Source: an uncultured Nitrospiraceae bacterium (GTDB taxonomy: Bacteria; Nitrospirota; Thermodesulfovibrionia; Thermodesulfovibrionales; SM23-35). Taken from it: 64,000 bases of DNA. Below the pieces are notes generated by a model. It was not told the DNA's origin. It saw only the letters and a program-made list of their open reading frames with translations, and made no database searches. The stretch lies in the NCBI GenBank assembly GCA_963727775.1, contig CAVSHB010000004.1, positions 192,001 through 256,000 on the forward strand, in the 5' to 3' direction. Below, one piece after another: positions 1 through 8,001 of this stretch. Position numbers and translations under genes: made by a program. Position 1 is the stretch's first letter. Each line of letters starts with the position of its first letter.

Positions 1-348
1 ATGTTGTCTGAATTCTTCCTCCGAAGCGGCCAATATATCGACGATGAACTTGCCTGTATCTTTTCCTTTCTTGCAGAATGAACCCTCCATCATGGATAGA
101 CCTATTCTTCTCACCGCATCAATATCAGACTCATCAGCATTCCTTGAATATCCGCTGATCTTCATTAATCTGATGTCCGCCTCCCCTGTCCCAAGTGAAC
201 ACGGATAACACTTACCACACATCGGTCCTGTAATGAACTCTTTGATAAAATAGAGCACCCTTTGAACGGGACAGTCCTTCTCTTCAGCGTCTTTTCTTAT
301 ATCTTCGAGTTTTCTCTCTTTTCCATCTTGTAGACCTTCTTCACGCAT
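1..348 (-). CDS. Fe-S protein with NuoF-type C-terminal 4Fe-4S (NADH_4Fe-4S-like) domain; 3' end runs off the window
   Basis: Hand translation from ATG at 348 (GGAGGAG SD upstream): MREEGLQDGKERKLEDIRKDAEEKDCPVQRVLYFIKEFITGPMCGKCYPCSLG...GSFCKKG. CGKCxPC...C matches the NuoF 4Fe-4S motif. Not in the ORF track because there is no stop in the window. Confidence 0.75.
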   Translation of the reverse strand, partial: MREEGLQDGKERKLEDIRKDAEEKDCPVQRVLYFIKEFITGPMCGKCYPCSLGTGEADIRLMKISGYSRNADESDIDAVRRIGLSMMEGSFCKKGKDTGKFIVDILAASEEEFRQH

Positions 349-369
349 ATCTCCTCCAGGCGCATTCAG

Positions 370-565
370 GAGTCAACTACCACCGACCTTGTCGGTGGCT
401 TGTTTTGCGGCAAGACTACGGACAATGTCCTTCGCCTTGCCTACATAAGGATGTAATTTTTGTCCGTATGTATGGCTCACCGACCTCGTCGGTTCGCTAA
501 AGGTGTTGGGCCTCCGCCCCCACACCCCACCACTGACATTGTCAGTGGCTTAGATGGTGAGTCAA
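370..565. mobile_element. Non-autonomous IS200/IS605-type palindrome-associated element (MITE/PATE), possibly an omegaRNA/reRNA-like structured RNA
   Basis: Starts GTCAACTACC, then hairpin CCACCGAC-ctt-GTCGGTGG (380-398) and CTTG. Related hairpins ACCGAC-ctc-GTCGGT (479-493) and CCACTGAC-att-GTCAGTGG (530-548). GAGTCAA at both ends (370-376, 559-565). No ORF. Confidence 0.6.
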
Positions 566-593
566 ATATCTGTTTATATTTCGATTGCCCATA

Positions 594-2948
594 TCAATAC
601 ATTGTTTCTGCCATATAACAAATTTCCGGAAGCAGATATGAGACCAGGTCTCTAAACGTAACCATCCCGATTATCTTGTCCCCTTCAACAACGGGCAGGT
701 GCCTTATCTTCTTCCTGGATGCGATTGAAATCGCTGAGCTGACTTCAGTCGATGGATCAAAGGTTGCGATATCACGCATTGCGAGATGGTCAATGATCTC
801 AATGGTCGGGGTATTATTAAAAACGCACCTTACAATATCTCTTTCAGTAAATATGCTCACTAACTTGTTATTTTCATCGACTACAAATAATCCGCTTACG
901 TTCTTCTCACTCATAAGTTTGACCGCATCCGAAATTGTGCTCCCTTTGTTAATGGATACTATTTCATAAGGCCTTGATTCCAGGATATCCTTTAATGTCA
1001 TTTTGCGCCTCCTTTCAATGACCTCCAACTGCTCTGAGGGTATCTTCAGCTCCTCTTCAAGCCTCTCATACATCTTCCTTATTATCTTTACCGCATTTAC
1101 AGGGCAGGCATAATAACATGCCTTGCATTTTGTGCAATAGTCCCTGTCGATAATGAAACTCCTTCTCGTCTCCTTTACCGCATCAAAGGCACAGGCCTGC
1201 TTGCACAGGCCGCAGAGTATGCACTCATCCTGGACTATTACAAGTATACCGAGGTTGCATGCCTTTGCCCTGCAGTATTTATCATAAATATGTTCTTCAT
1301 ATTCTTCACGGAAATATTTGATCGTTGTAAGCACGGGGTTAGGCGCGCTCTGGCCGAGCCCGCAGAGAGAGCCCGCTTTTACAAGCTTGCCGAGACGCTC
1401 AAGCTTCTCTATGTCCCCTTCCTCTCCGTTGCCGGTCGCTATCTTCTCAAGTATCTGCAGCATCTGGTATGTCCCGATCCTGCACGGAGGACATTTCCCA
1501 CATGACTCGGCCTGCGTAAATGACAGAAAAAACTTGGCGATGTCGACCATGCAGTTGTCTTCGTCCATGACAACCATTCCGCCGGAACCCATGATAGACC
1601 CCACCTTTGTCAGAGAGTCAAAATCAACGGGCAGATCAAGATATTTCTCGGGGATACACCCCCCCGATGGACCCCCGGTCTGGACCGCCTTGATTTTCTT
1701 ACCGCCCATGATACCGCCGCCGATATCGAACACTATCTCCCGCAGGGTTATCCCCATTGGGACTTCAACAAGTCCCGTGTTCTTGACTTTACCTGTCAGC
1801 GCGAATACTTTAGTGCCGGGAGAGTTTTCAGTGCCGATGCCGAGGAACCAATCCGCGCCTTTCTCGATAATCGGGGGAACACACGCATAGGTCTCGACGT
1901 TATTCAGATTCGCAGGATATCCCCACGGTCCCCCGCCGGGTTCCGAAACCCTCGGCGGTCTTGCGTGAGGGAAACCCCTTCTGCCTTCGATTGAGGCAAC
2001 CAAGGCCGTGGCCTCTCCACAAATAAACGCCCCCGCGCCTTCCCTGATACTAACCGTAAAATCAAATCCGGTGCCGAGGATGTTTTCTCCCAATAGCCCG
2101 ATTTCCTCTGCCTGTTTAATAGCTGTCCTTAAATTTCTTACTGCGAGGGGATATTCATGTCTGACGTAGATAAATCCATAGTGTGCGTCCACTGCGTATG
2201 CGCAGATAAGCATTCCTTCAAGAAGGCTGTGGGGGTCGCCTTCCATTATCGACCTGTCCATAAATGCGCCGGGGTCGCCTTCGTCTCCATTTGCAATAAC
2301 TATTTTGATGTCTCCGGGCGCTTTTCTGGTATGCGCCCATTTCACGCCCGCCGGGAATCCGGCGCCTCCCCTGCCCCGGAGATTAGACTTCTTTATCTCC
2401 TCTATCACCTGCTCAGGGCCCATTGAGGAAAATATCTTTTCCGCAGCCCTGTACCCGCCGACTGTAATATAATGGCATATATTCGTTGGGTCGATTGTTC
2501 CGTTATTCCTGAGCGCAATCCTCATTTGTTTTTTATAAAAGGGCACTTCCTCCATCATCTCAACAGGCTTATCAAGAAAAGTGCCCTTATAGAGGAGATT
2601 TCTTACGGGGCTGTCCGCCAAATATGTGGTGGAAAGGATCTCATTTACATTCTCCTGTTTCACTCTCTGGTAAAAATACCCGTATGGCTCTATCTTCATA
2701 ACAGGACCTTTCTGGCATAGACCCTGACAACCTGTTTCAACCACTTCAATCTCTATCTCGTTCCTGCGGGCTTCCTTTTTTAACTGTTCCACCAATTTAA
2801 GAGATTCATTTGCACGGCACCCTGTGCCGCAACAAACGCTTATCCTTTTCTTGCCGGGAGCTAAAACACCTTCCCTGGCGAGAAGTTCACGAAAGGCAAT
2901 AAGATCATCAATACTTTTAAGCTTTTGTATGGTGTTTATTTCTAACAT
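594..2948 (-). CDS. NuoF/HydB-like NADH/FMN-binding flavoprotein (N-terminal 2Fe-2S, SLBB, 4Fe-4S, 2x4Fe-4S ferredoxin) fused to a C-terminal CBS pair, paralog 2
   Basis: GRGGAGFP, NGDEGDPGAFMDR, FICGEATAL, GGPSGG, ESCGKCPPC, CILCGLC/CTKCKAC motifs. C-terminal CBS features IFTERDIV and IRHLPVV. Confidence 0.9.
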   Translation of the reverse strand: MLEINTIQKLKSIDDLIAFRELLAREGVLAPGKKRISVCCGTGCRANESLKLVEQLKKEARRNEIEIEVVETGCQGLCQKGPVMKIEPYGYFYQRVKQENVNEILSTTYLADSPVRNLLYKGTFLDKPVEMMEEVPFYKKQMRIALRNNGTIDPTNICHYITVGGYRAAEKIFSSMGPEQVIEEIKKSNLRGRGGAGFPAGVKWAHTRKAPGDIKIVIANGDEGDPGAFMDRSIMEGDPHSLLEGMLICAYAVDAHYGFIYVRHEYPLAVRNLRTAIKQAEEIGLLGENILGTGFDFTVSIREGAGAFICGEATALVASIEGRRGFPHARPPRVSEPGGGPWGYPANLNNVETYACVPPIIEKGADWFLGIGTENSPGTKVFALTGKVKNTGLVEVPMGITLREIVFDIGGGIMGGKKIKAVQTGGPSGGCIPEKYLDLPVDFDSLTKVGSIMGSGGMVVMDEDNCMVDIAKFFLSFTQAESCGKCPPCRIGTYQMLQILEKIATGNGEEGDIEKLERLGKLVKAGSLCGLGQSAPNPVLTTIKYFREEYEEHIYDKYCRAKACNLGILVIVQDECILCGLCKQACAFDAVKETRRSFIIDRDYCTKCKACYYACPVNAVKIIRKMYERLEEELKIPSEQLEVIERRRKMTLKDILESRPYEIVSINKGSTISDAVKLMSEKNVSGLFVVDENNKLVSIFTERDIVRCVFNNTPTIEIIDHLAMRDIATFDPSTEVSSAISIASRKKIRHLPVVEGDKIIGMVTFRDLVSYLLPEICYMAETMY

Positions 2949-2987
2949 TTAATCCCCATCGCCAAATGTTGTCATCTTAATAATCAA

Positions 2988-5321
2988 TTAATACGTATTT
3001 TCCGCCATATAACAGATTTCCGGAAGCAGATATGCAACCAGGTCCCTATATGTAATCATGCCGATTATCCTGTCTCCTTCAACAACAGGAAGATGCCTGA
3101 TTTTTTCCCTTGAGGCTATTGCGATTGCAGAGCTTATTTCTGTAGAAGGGTCGAAGGATGTGATGTCCCGCATCGGTATATTTTCCAATTTTTCGTCAAA
3201 AGACGTTCCGTTAAACACACAACGCACAATGTCTCTCTCGGTAAAAAGCCTCATTAATTTATTGTTTTCATCAACCACGAAGACCCCGCTGATATTCTTC
3301 TCTGTCATGATATGCACCGCGTCAGCAATAGTATTATCTTTACTGACAGAAACTACATCATGAGGTCTCGATTCAAGAATATCTCTTAAAGCCGTCCTCC
3401 GCCTCATTTCAATGACTTCCAGCTGTTCCGAAGGTATCTTCAGCTCCTCTTCAAGCCTCTCATACATCTTCCTTATTATCTTTACCGCATTTACAGGGCA
3501 GGCATAATAACATGCCTTGCATTTTGTGCAATAATCCCTGTCGATAAAGAAACTCCTTCTCGTCTCCTTCACAGCATCAAAGGCGCAGGCCTGCTTGCAC
3601 AGGCCGCAGAGTATGCACTCATCCTGGACTATTACAAGTATACCGAGGTTGCATGCCTTCGCCCTGCAGTATTTATCATAAATATGTTCTTCATATTCTT
3701 CACGGAAATATTTGATCGTTGTAAGCACGGGGTTAGGCGCGCTCTGGCCGAGCCCGCAGAGAGAGCCCGCTTTTACAAGCTTGCCGAGACGCTCAAGCTT
3801 CTCTATGTCCCCTTCCTCTCCGTTGCCGGTCGCTATCTTCTCAAGTATCTGCAGCATCTGGTATGTCCCGATCCTGCACGGAGGACATTTCCCACATGAC
3901 TCGGCCTGCGTAAATGACAGAAAAAACTTGGCGATGTCGACCATGCAGTTGTCTTCGTCCATGACAACCATTCCGCCGGAACCCATGATAGACCCCACCT
4001 TTGTCAGAGAGTCAAAATCAACGGGCAGATCAAGATATTTCTCGGGGATACACCCCCCCGATGGACCCCCGGTCTGGACCGCCTTGATTTTCTTACCGCC
4101 TATGATACCGCCGCCGATATCGAACACTATCTCCCGCAGGGTTATCCCCATTGGGACTTCAACAAGTCCCGTGTTGTTGACTTTACCTGCCAGAGAAAAA
4201 ACCTTTGTCCCGGATGACCCGGGAGTGCCGATGCCGAGGAACCAATCCGCGCCTTTCTCGATAATCGGGGGAACACACGCATAGGTCTCGACGTTATTCA
4301 GATTCGCAGGATATCCCCACGGTCCCCCGCCGGGTTCCGAAACCCTCGGCGGTCTTGCGTGAGGGAAACCCCTTCTGCCTTCGATTGAGGCAACCAAGGC
4401 CGTGGCCTCTCCGCATACAAAAGCGCCTGCCCCTTCTTTGATATTAACCGTAAAATCAAATCCGGTGCCGAGGATGTTTTCTCCCAATAACCCGATTTCT
4501 TCTGCCTGTTTAATGGCGTTTTTCAATGTTTTGATGGCCAACGGATATTCATGTCTGACGTAGATAAACCCATAGTGTGCATCCACTGCGTATGCGCAGA
4601 TAAGCATTCCCTCAAGAAGGCTGTGGGGGTCGCCTTCCATTATCGACCTGTCCATAAATGCGCCGGGGTCGCCTTCGTCTCCATTTGCAATAACTATTTT
4701 GATGTCTCCGGGCGCTTTTCTGGTATGCGCCCATTTTACGCCTGCCGGGAATCCGGCGCCCCCTCTCCCTCTCAGGTTGGCATTTCTTACCTCTTCAAGG
4801 ACCTGCTCGGGCATCATGGATGAAAACATTTTTTCAACAGCTTTATACCCGCCGGCCGCTATATAATGACGGATGTCGAAAGGGTCGATGTTCCCGGTAT
4901 TCCTGAGCGCGATCTTCACCTGCTTTGCATAAAAAGGAACTTCTTCCAGTAAGGCCTTCGGCGCTTCAAGTATGGAATCTCTGTATATCAGTTCTCTCAA
5001 CGGCTGTCCGGTTGAGTAAGTGGAAGAAATAATCTCATGTGCTTTTTCAGCTTGGACCTTTTGATAGAAAAATCCATACGGCTCAATCTGTATAATGGGC
5101 CCCTTCTGACACAGCCCCTGACAACCGGTCTTCACAATATATACCTGCGCATTGGAATTTGAAGCCTCTTCTTCCAGCGCCTGAACGACTTTTTGAGAGC
5201 CCAGAGTGCTGCACGGCAGGCCGCAGCAGACCTTCAAAGCATTTCTACCGGTCCTGAACATCTCCCCGCCAAGGAGTTCTCTGAGGCCGCTTAGCGCCTT
5301 TATATTGTCTAATCTATTCAT
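2988..5321 (-). CDS. NuoF/HydB-like flavoprotein with C-terminal CBS pair, paralog 1
   Basis: Same motif set as 594..2948; central part near-identical at DNA level (offset 2394 bp). Confidence 0.9.
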   Translation of the reverse strand: MNRLDNIKALSGLRELLGGEMFRTGRNALKVCCGLPCSTLGSQKVVQALEEEASNSNAQVYIVKTGCQGLCQKGPIIQIEPYGFFYQKVQAEKAHEIISSTYSTGQPLRELIYRDSILEAPKALLEEVPFYAKQVKIALRNTGNIDPFDIRHYIAAGGYKAVEKMFSSMMPEQVLEEVRNANLRGRGGAGFPAGVKWAHTRKAPGDIKIVIANGDEGDPGAFMDRSIMEGDPHSLLEGMLICAYAVDAHYGFIYVRHEYPLAIKTLKNAIKQAEEIGLLGENILGTGFDFTVNIKEGAGAFVCGEATALVASIEGRRGFPHARPPRVSEPGGGPWGYPANLNNVETYACVPPIIEKGADWFLGIGTPGSSGTKVFSLAGKVNNTGLVEVPMGITLREIVFDIGGGIIGGKKIKAVQTGGPSGGCIPEKYLDLPVDFDSLTKVGSIMGSGGMVVMDEDNCMVDIAKFFLSFTQAESCGKCPPCRIGTYQMLQILEKIATGNGEEGDIEKLERLGKLVKAGSLCGLGQSAPNPVLTTIKYFREEYEEHIYDKYCRAKACNLGILVIVQDECILCGLCKQACAFDAVKETRRSFFIDRDYCTKCKACYYACPVNAVKIIRKMYERLEEELKIPSEQLEVIEMRRRTALRDILESRPHDVVSVSKDNTIADAVHIMTEKNISGVFVVDENNKLMRLFTERDIVRCVFNGTSFDEKLENIPMRDITSFDPSTEISSAIAIASREKIRHLPVVEGDRIIGMITYRDLVAYLLPEICYMAENTY

Positions 5322-5361
5322 AAATGCTGCATCCCTTTTAGCTGCTTTTCATATAACGATA

Positions 5362-5850
5362 TTAATCTTCTTTGATCGATCTGATTAATACCTCCAACTT
5401 TTTTTCGCCTATTATTTCCCCGACAACCTCATCGTTGACCGTTGCGACAGGCGCAAGGCCGCAGCACCCCACGCACCCTACCGTCTCAAGCGTCATAGCG
5501 CGATCGGCTGTCGTCTCTCCCATGCGTATTCCAAACTCGGTTTCGAGCGCATTAAGGACCTTCTTAGACCCCCTGACATAACAGGCTGTGCCGAGACATA
5601 CCTTCACAACCTTCTTTCCGCGAGGTTTAAAGTGGAACATTTTGTAAAAACTTGCAACACTGTATATTTCAGATAAGGGGATACTCAGGTTTTGAGAGAG
5701 CTTTCTCAATACGTCTTCCGGCAGATACCCGTTATCTTCCTGGATCCGGTGGAGTACATGAATAAGTATCCCTCTCTTCCTGTCCTGCTCGCCGATAATT
5801 CCTCCAACTTCGCCTATCTGCTCAGCAATGTCGATCTCATCCAATTTCAT
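5362..5850 (-). CDS. NuoE/HydC-like [2Fe-2S] subunit
   Basis: LIHVLHRIQEDNGYLP, VASFY, CLGTAC...CVGCCGLAP. Likely start ATG 5850 (MKLDEID) after a GGAGG SD. Confidence 0.9.
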   Translation of the reverse strand: MKLDEIDIAEQIGEVGGIIGEQDRKRGILIHVLHRIQEDNGYLPEDVLRKLSQNLSIPLSEIYSVASFYKMFHFKPRGKKVVKVCLGTACYVRGSKKVLNALETEFGIRMGETTADRAMTLETVGCVGCCGLAPVATVNDEVVGEIIGEKKLEVLIRSIKED

Positions 5851-5863
5851 AGACCCTCCATAA

Positions 5864-5931
5864 GTAGCTGCGACACGAACTTTTTCGGGGTCGGCACGCA
5901 ATAATTCAGCGCACCTAATAGCCGCCGCTAC
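5864..5931. repeat. Degenerate GTAG-type REP doublet
   Basis: Intergenic GTAGCTGCGAC...GCCGCCGCTAC with imperfect inverted ends; same GTAGC/GCTAC termini as 7943-8000. Confidence 0.35.
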
Positions 5932-5932
5932 A

Positions 5933-7918
5933 CTAATAAATCCCTATATGCGGTTTTGCCACCCGCTCAATATCCCGCCTTGCGGCCATATCCATCAATA
6001 CCCTCTCCGCGCCGAACTTGCCGGGTTCATATTTTCTCAGTTTCAACGCCTCCCTTGCTTTATCTATAAAATCAAGGGCAAGCGCCAATATCTTCTCGGG
6101 GTCCGGTTCAAAATGCAGCGAGCCCCTGAATCTCTCGAACCATACGTCGGTCATTATCTTCGTCACTTCCTTGCTCGCCCCTACGGGTGATTCTCCCCCG
6201 AAGATTACGGGAAACCCCGAGGCCGCGAAATAACACCCTATCGCAACTGCTTTTTCGGACATCCACTCGGGCGCGATACCTACGGCAGGCATGCCGCCTA
6301 TCTCATCGGAGAGGCCTCCTTCTTCGGCCATCGCAGTCGCTATCGTCAATATCCTCGAATTATCCACACAAGAACCGACGTGCAAGATCGGCGGTATCCC
6401 TATGGCCTCACATACCTCCCTTAAACCTGGTCCTGCATTTTCAAGTGCCATCTCGGGCGTCAGAAAGCCCGCGGTACCGCATGCGGCTGATCCGCAGCCT
6501 GTCGACACGATGAGCACGTCATTCCTAATCAGCTCAGTCGCAAGAAAACGATGAAGTCCCTGGGATGGCACCCTCGGGTTATCGCATCCCGCAAGGCCGA
6601 CCACACCCCGAATCCTGCCTGCAATTATTGCATCGTTAAGGGGTCTGAAGGACGCCCTCCATCTCCCGCCCTGCATATATTCTATGTATTCCTGGGAAAA
6701 CCCGGCGATGACCGGGACTTTATCAGTAATGTAACTTCCCTCTTTTTTCCTGTTGGAATAATTATCGATAGCGGTCCTTACGATCTGTCTCGCTATATCC
6801 TTTGCCCTGTGTTCGTCATATTCTATATGGATGGCGCCCTGAATCTTGGCTTTATAGGAAGTAGTGATCACCTTTGTGTGAAACTTCTTCGAAAGCTCGG
6901 TCAACGCGGGCATGATACACTGTACATCCACGGTTATCGCATCAACAAGCCCGGTCATGATCGCAAGCTCCTGATTTGTAAAACCACCTGCGGTAGGAAT
7001 GCCGTGTCTCATCAGTACCTCATTGGCGGTACAACACATTCCGCCGAGGTTTATGCCCTTCGCGCCCTTTGACTTTGCATATTCTATCAGCTCGGGCTCA
7101 TTCACCACATCCACGATCATCTCCGCGAGTGACGGCTCATGTCCGTGCACAACAAGGTTGACTTCGTCCTCTTTAAAGATGCCGAAGCTTGCCTCTGCCT
7201 TCACGGGCCTGGGTGTACCGAAGAGGATATCGGTGATGTCGGTGGAGATCATACAGCCTCCCCATCCGTCGGCGAGAGAGACCTTAAGAACACTCAGAAG
7301 AAGATTATCCGGTTCATGATCCACACCCATATGGGTGCGGTGCATGGCCTCAGTTATTTCCCTGTCCACGCCTCTGGGGACTATCCCCCACTTTCTCCAT
7401 CTCTCCTGAGTCTTCTTCGGCGCCCTTTTGATATAATTCAGTTCGCCTTTCTGGCGACCAAAGTCCTCTATAAGTTTTGTCGCCACATCCCTGGCAACAT
7501 CATTCACCGGACGACCTTCAAATTCTATTTCAAGGATGCCGGCGACCTTATATAGTTTTTTCACATCCGTTATCTTGAAGTCACTTGTTTCACCATTTGC
7601 TACTGCGAGCAGTAAAAAAGCCATGTCCCTTGCATGGTCTGAATGGGCAGCTGTTCCGGCAACCGCCATCCTGAGCAGGTTCCTCGAAGCTACTGTGGGC
7701 AATGTTGCCCCGCATACTCCTCTCGCATCTTCCTCCGCGTTCTGGCCGACAAAACGGCAAGGCCCCATATGGCAGACCTTGCAGCACGCGCCGGAGACAC
7801 CGACGGGACACGGCTTCATCTTCTCCGCCCTATCAAAGCACGTCTCTATCTTTTGGGCCTCGCCCCATTCTATAATCTGCTCTGCGGACTTATTTGCACT
7901 CTTTACTACTTTTTCCAT
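5933..7918 (-). CDS. cooS: Anaerobic Ni-Fe carbon monoxide dehydrogenase catalytic subunit (AcsA/CooS)
   Basis: B/D-cluster motif CPVG..GACCKVCHMGPC. C-cluster ligand motifs VHGHEP, GMCCTANE, VDVQC, LAGCDN, STGCG, GSCVDN; WMSEKA. Start ATG 7918 with GGAGG SD. Confidence 0.95.
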   Translation of the reverse strand: MEKVVKSANKSAEQIIEWGEAQKIETCFDRAEKMKPCPVGVSGACCKVCHMGPCRFVGQNAEEDARGVCGATLPTVASRNLLRMAVAGTAAHSDHARDMAFLLLAVANGETSDFKITDVKKLYKVAGILEIEFEGRPVNDVARDVATKLIEDFGRQKGELNYIKRAPKKTQERWRKWGIVPRGVDREITEAMHRTHMGVDHEPDNLLLSVLKVSLADGWGGCMISTDITDILFGTPRPVKAEASFGIFKEDEVNLVVHGHEPSLAEMIVDVVNEPELIEYAKSKGAKGINLGGMCCTANEVLMRHGIPTAGGFTNQELAIMTGLVDAITVDVQCIMPALTELSKKFHTKVITTSYKAKIQGAIHIEYDEHRAKDIARQIVRTAIDNYSNRKKEGSYITDKVPVIAGFSQEYIEYMQGGRWRASFRPLNDAIIAGRIRGVVGLAGCDNPRVPSQGLHRFLATELIRNDVLIVSTGCGSAACGTAGFLTPEMALENAGPGLREVCEAIGIPPILHVGSCVDNSRILTIATAMAEEGGLSDEIGGMPAVGIAPEWMSEKAVAIGCYFAASGFPVIFGGESPVGASKEVTKIMTDVWFERFRGSLHFEPDPEKILALALDFIDKAREALKLRKYEPGKFGAERVLMDMAARRDIERVAKPHIGIY

Positions 7919-7942
7919 GTATCCTCCATACTTCGTTTGCAC

Positions 7943-8000
7943 TGTAGCCGCAGGCTTTAGCCTGCGTTCAACTCATCGCACCCTAAAGGGTGCGGCTACA
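7943..8000. repeat. GTAG-family REP doublet (REPIN)
   Basis: TGTAGC-CGCAGGC-ttta-GCCTGCG, a spacer, then CGCACCC-taaa-GGGTGCG-GCTACA: two inverted REP-like palindromes between acsB and cooS. Confidence 0.75.
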
Positions 8001-8001
8001 T

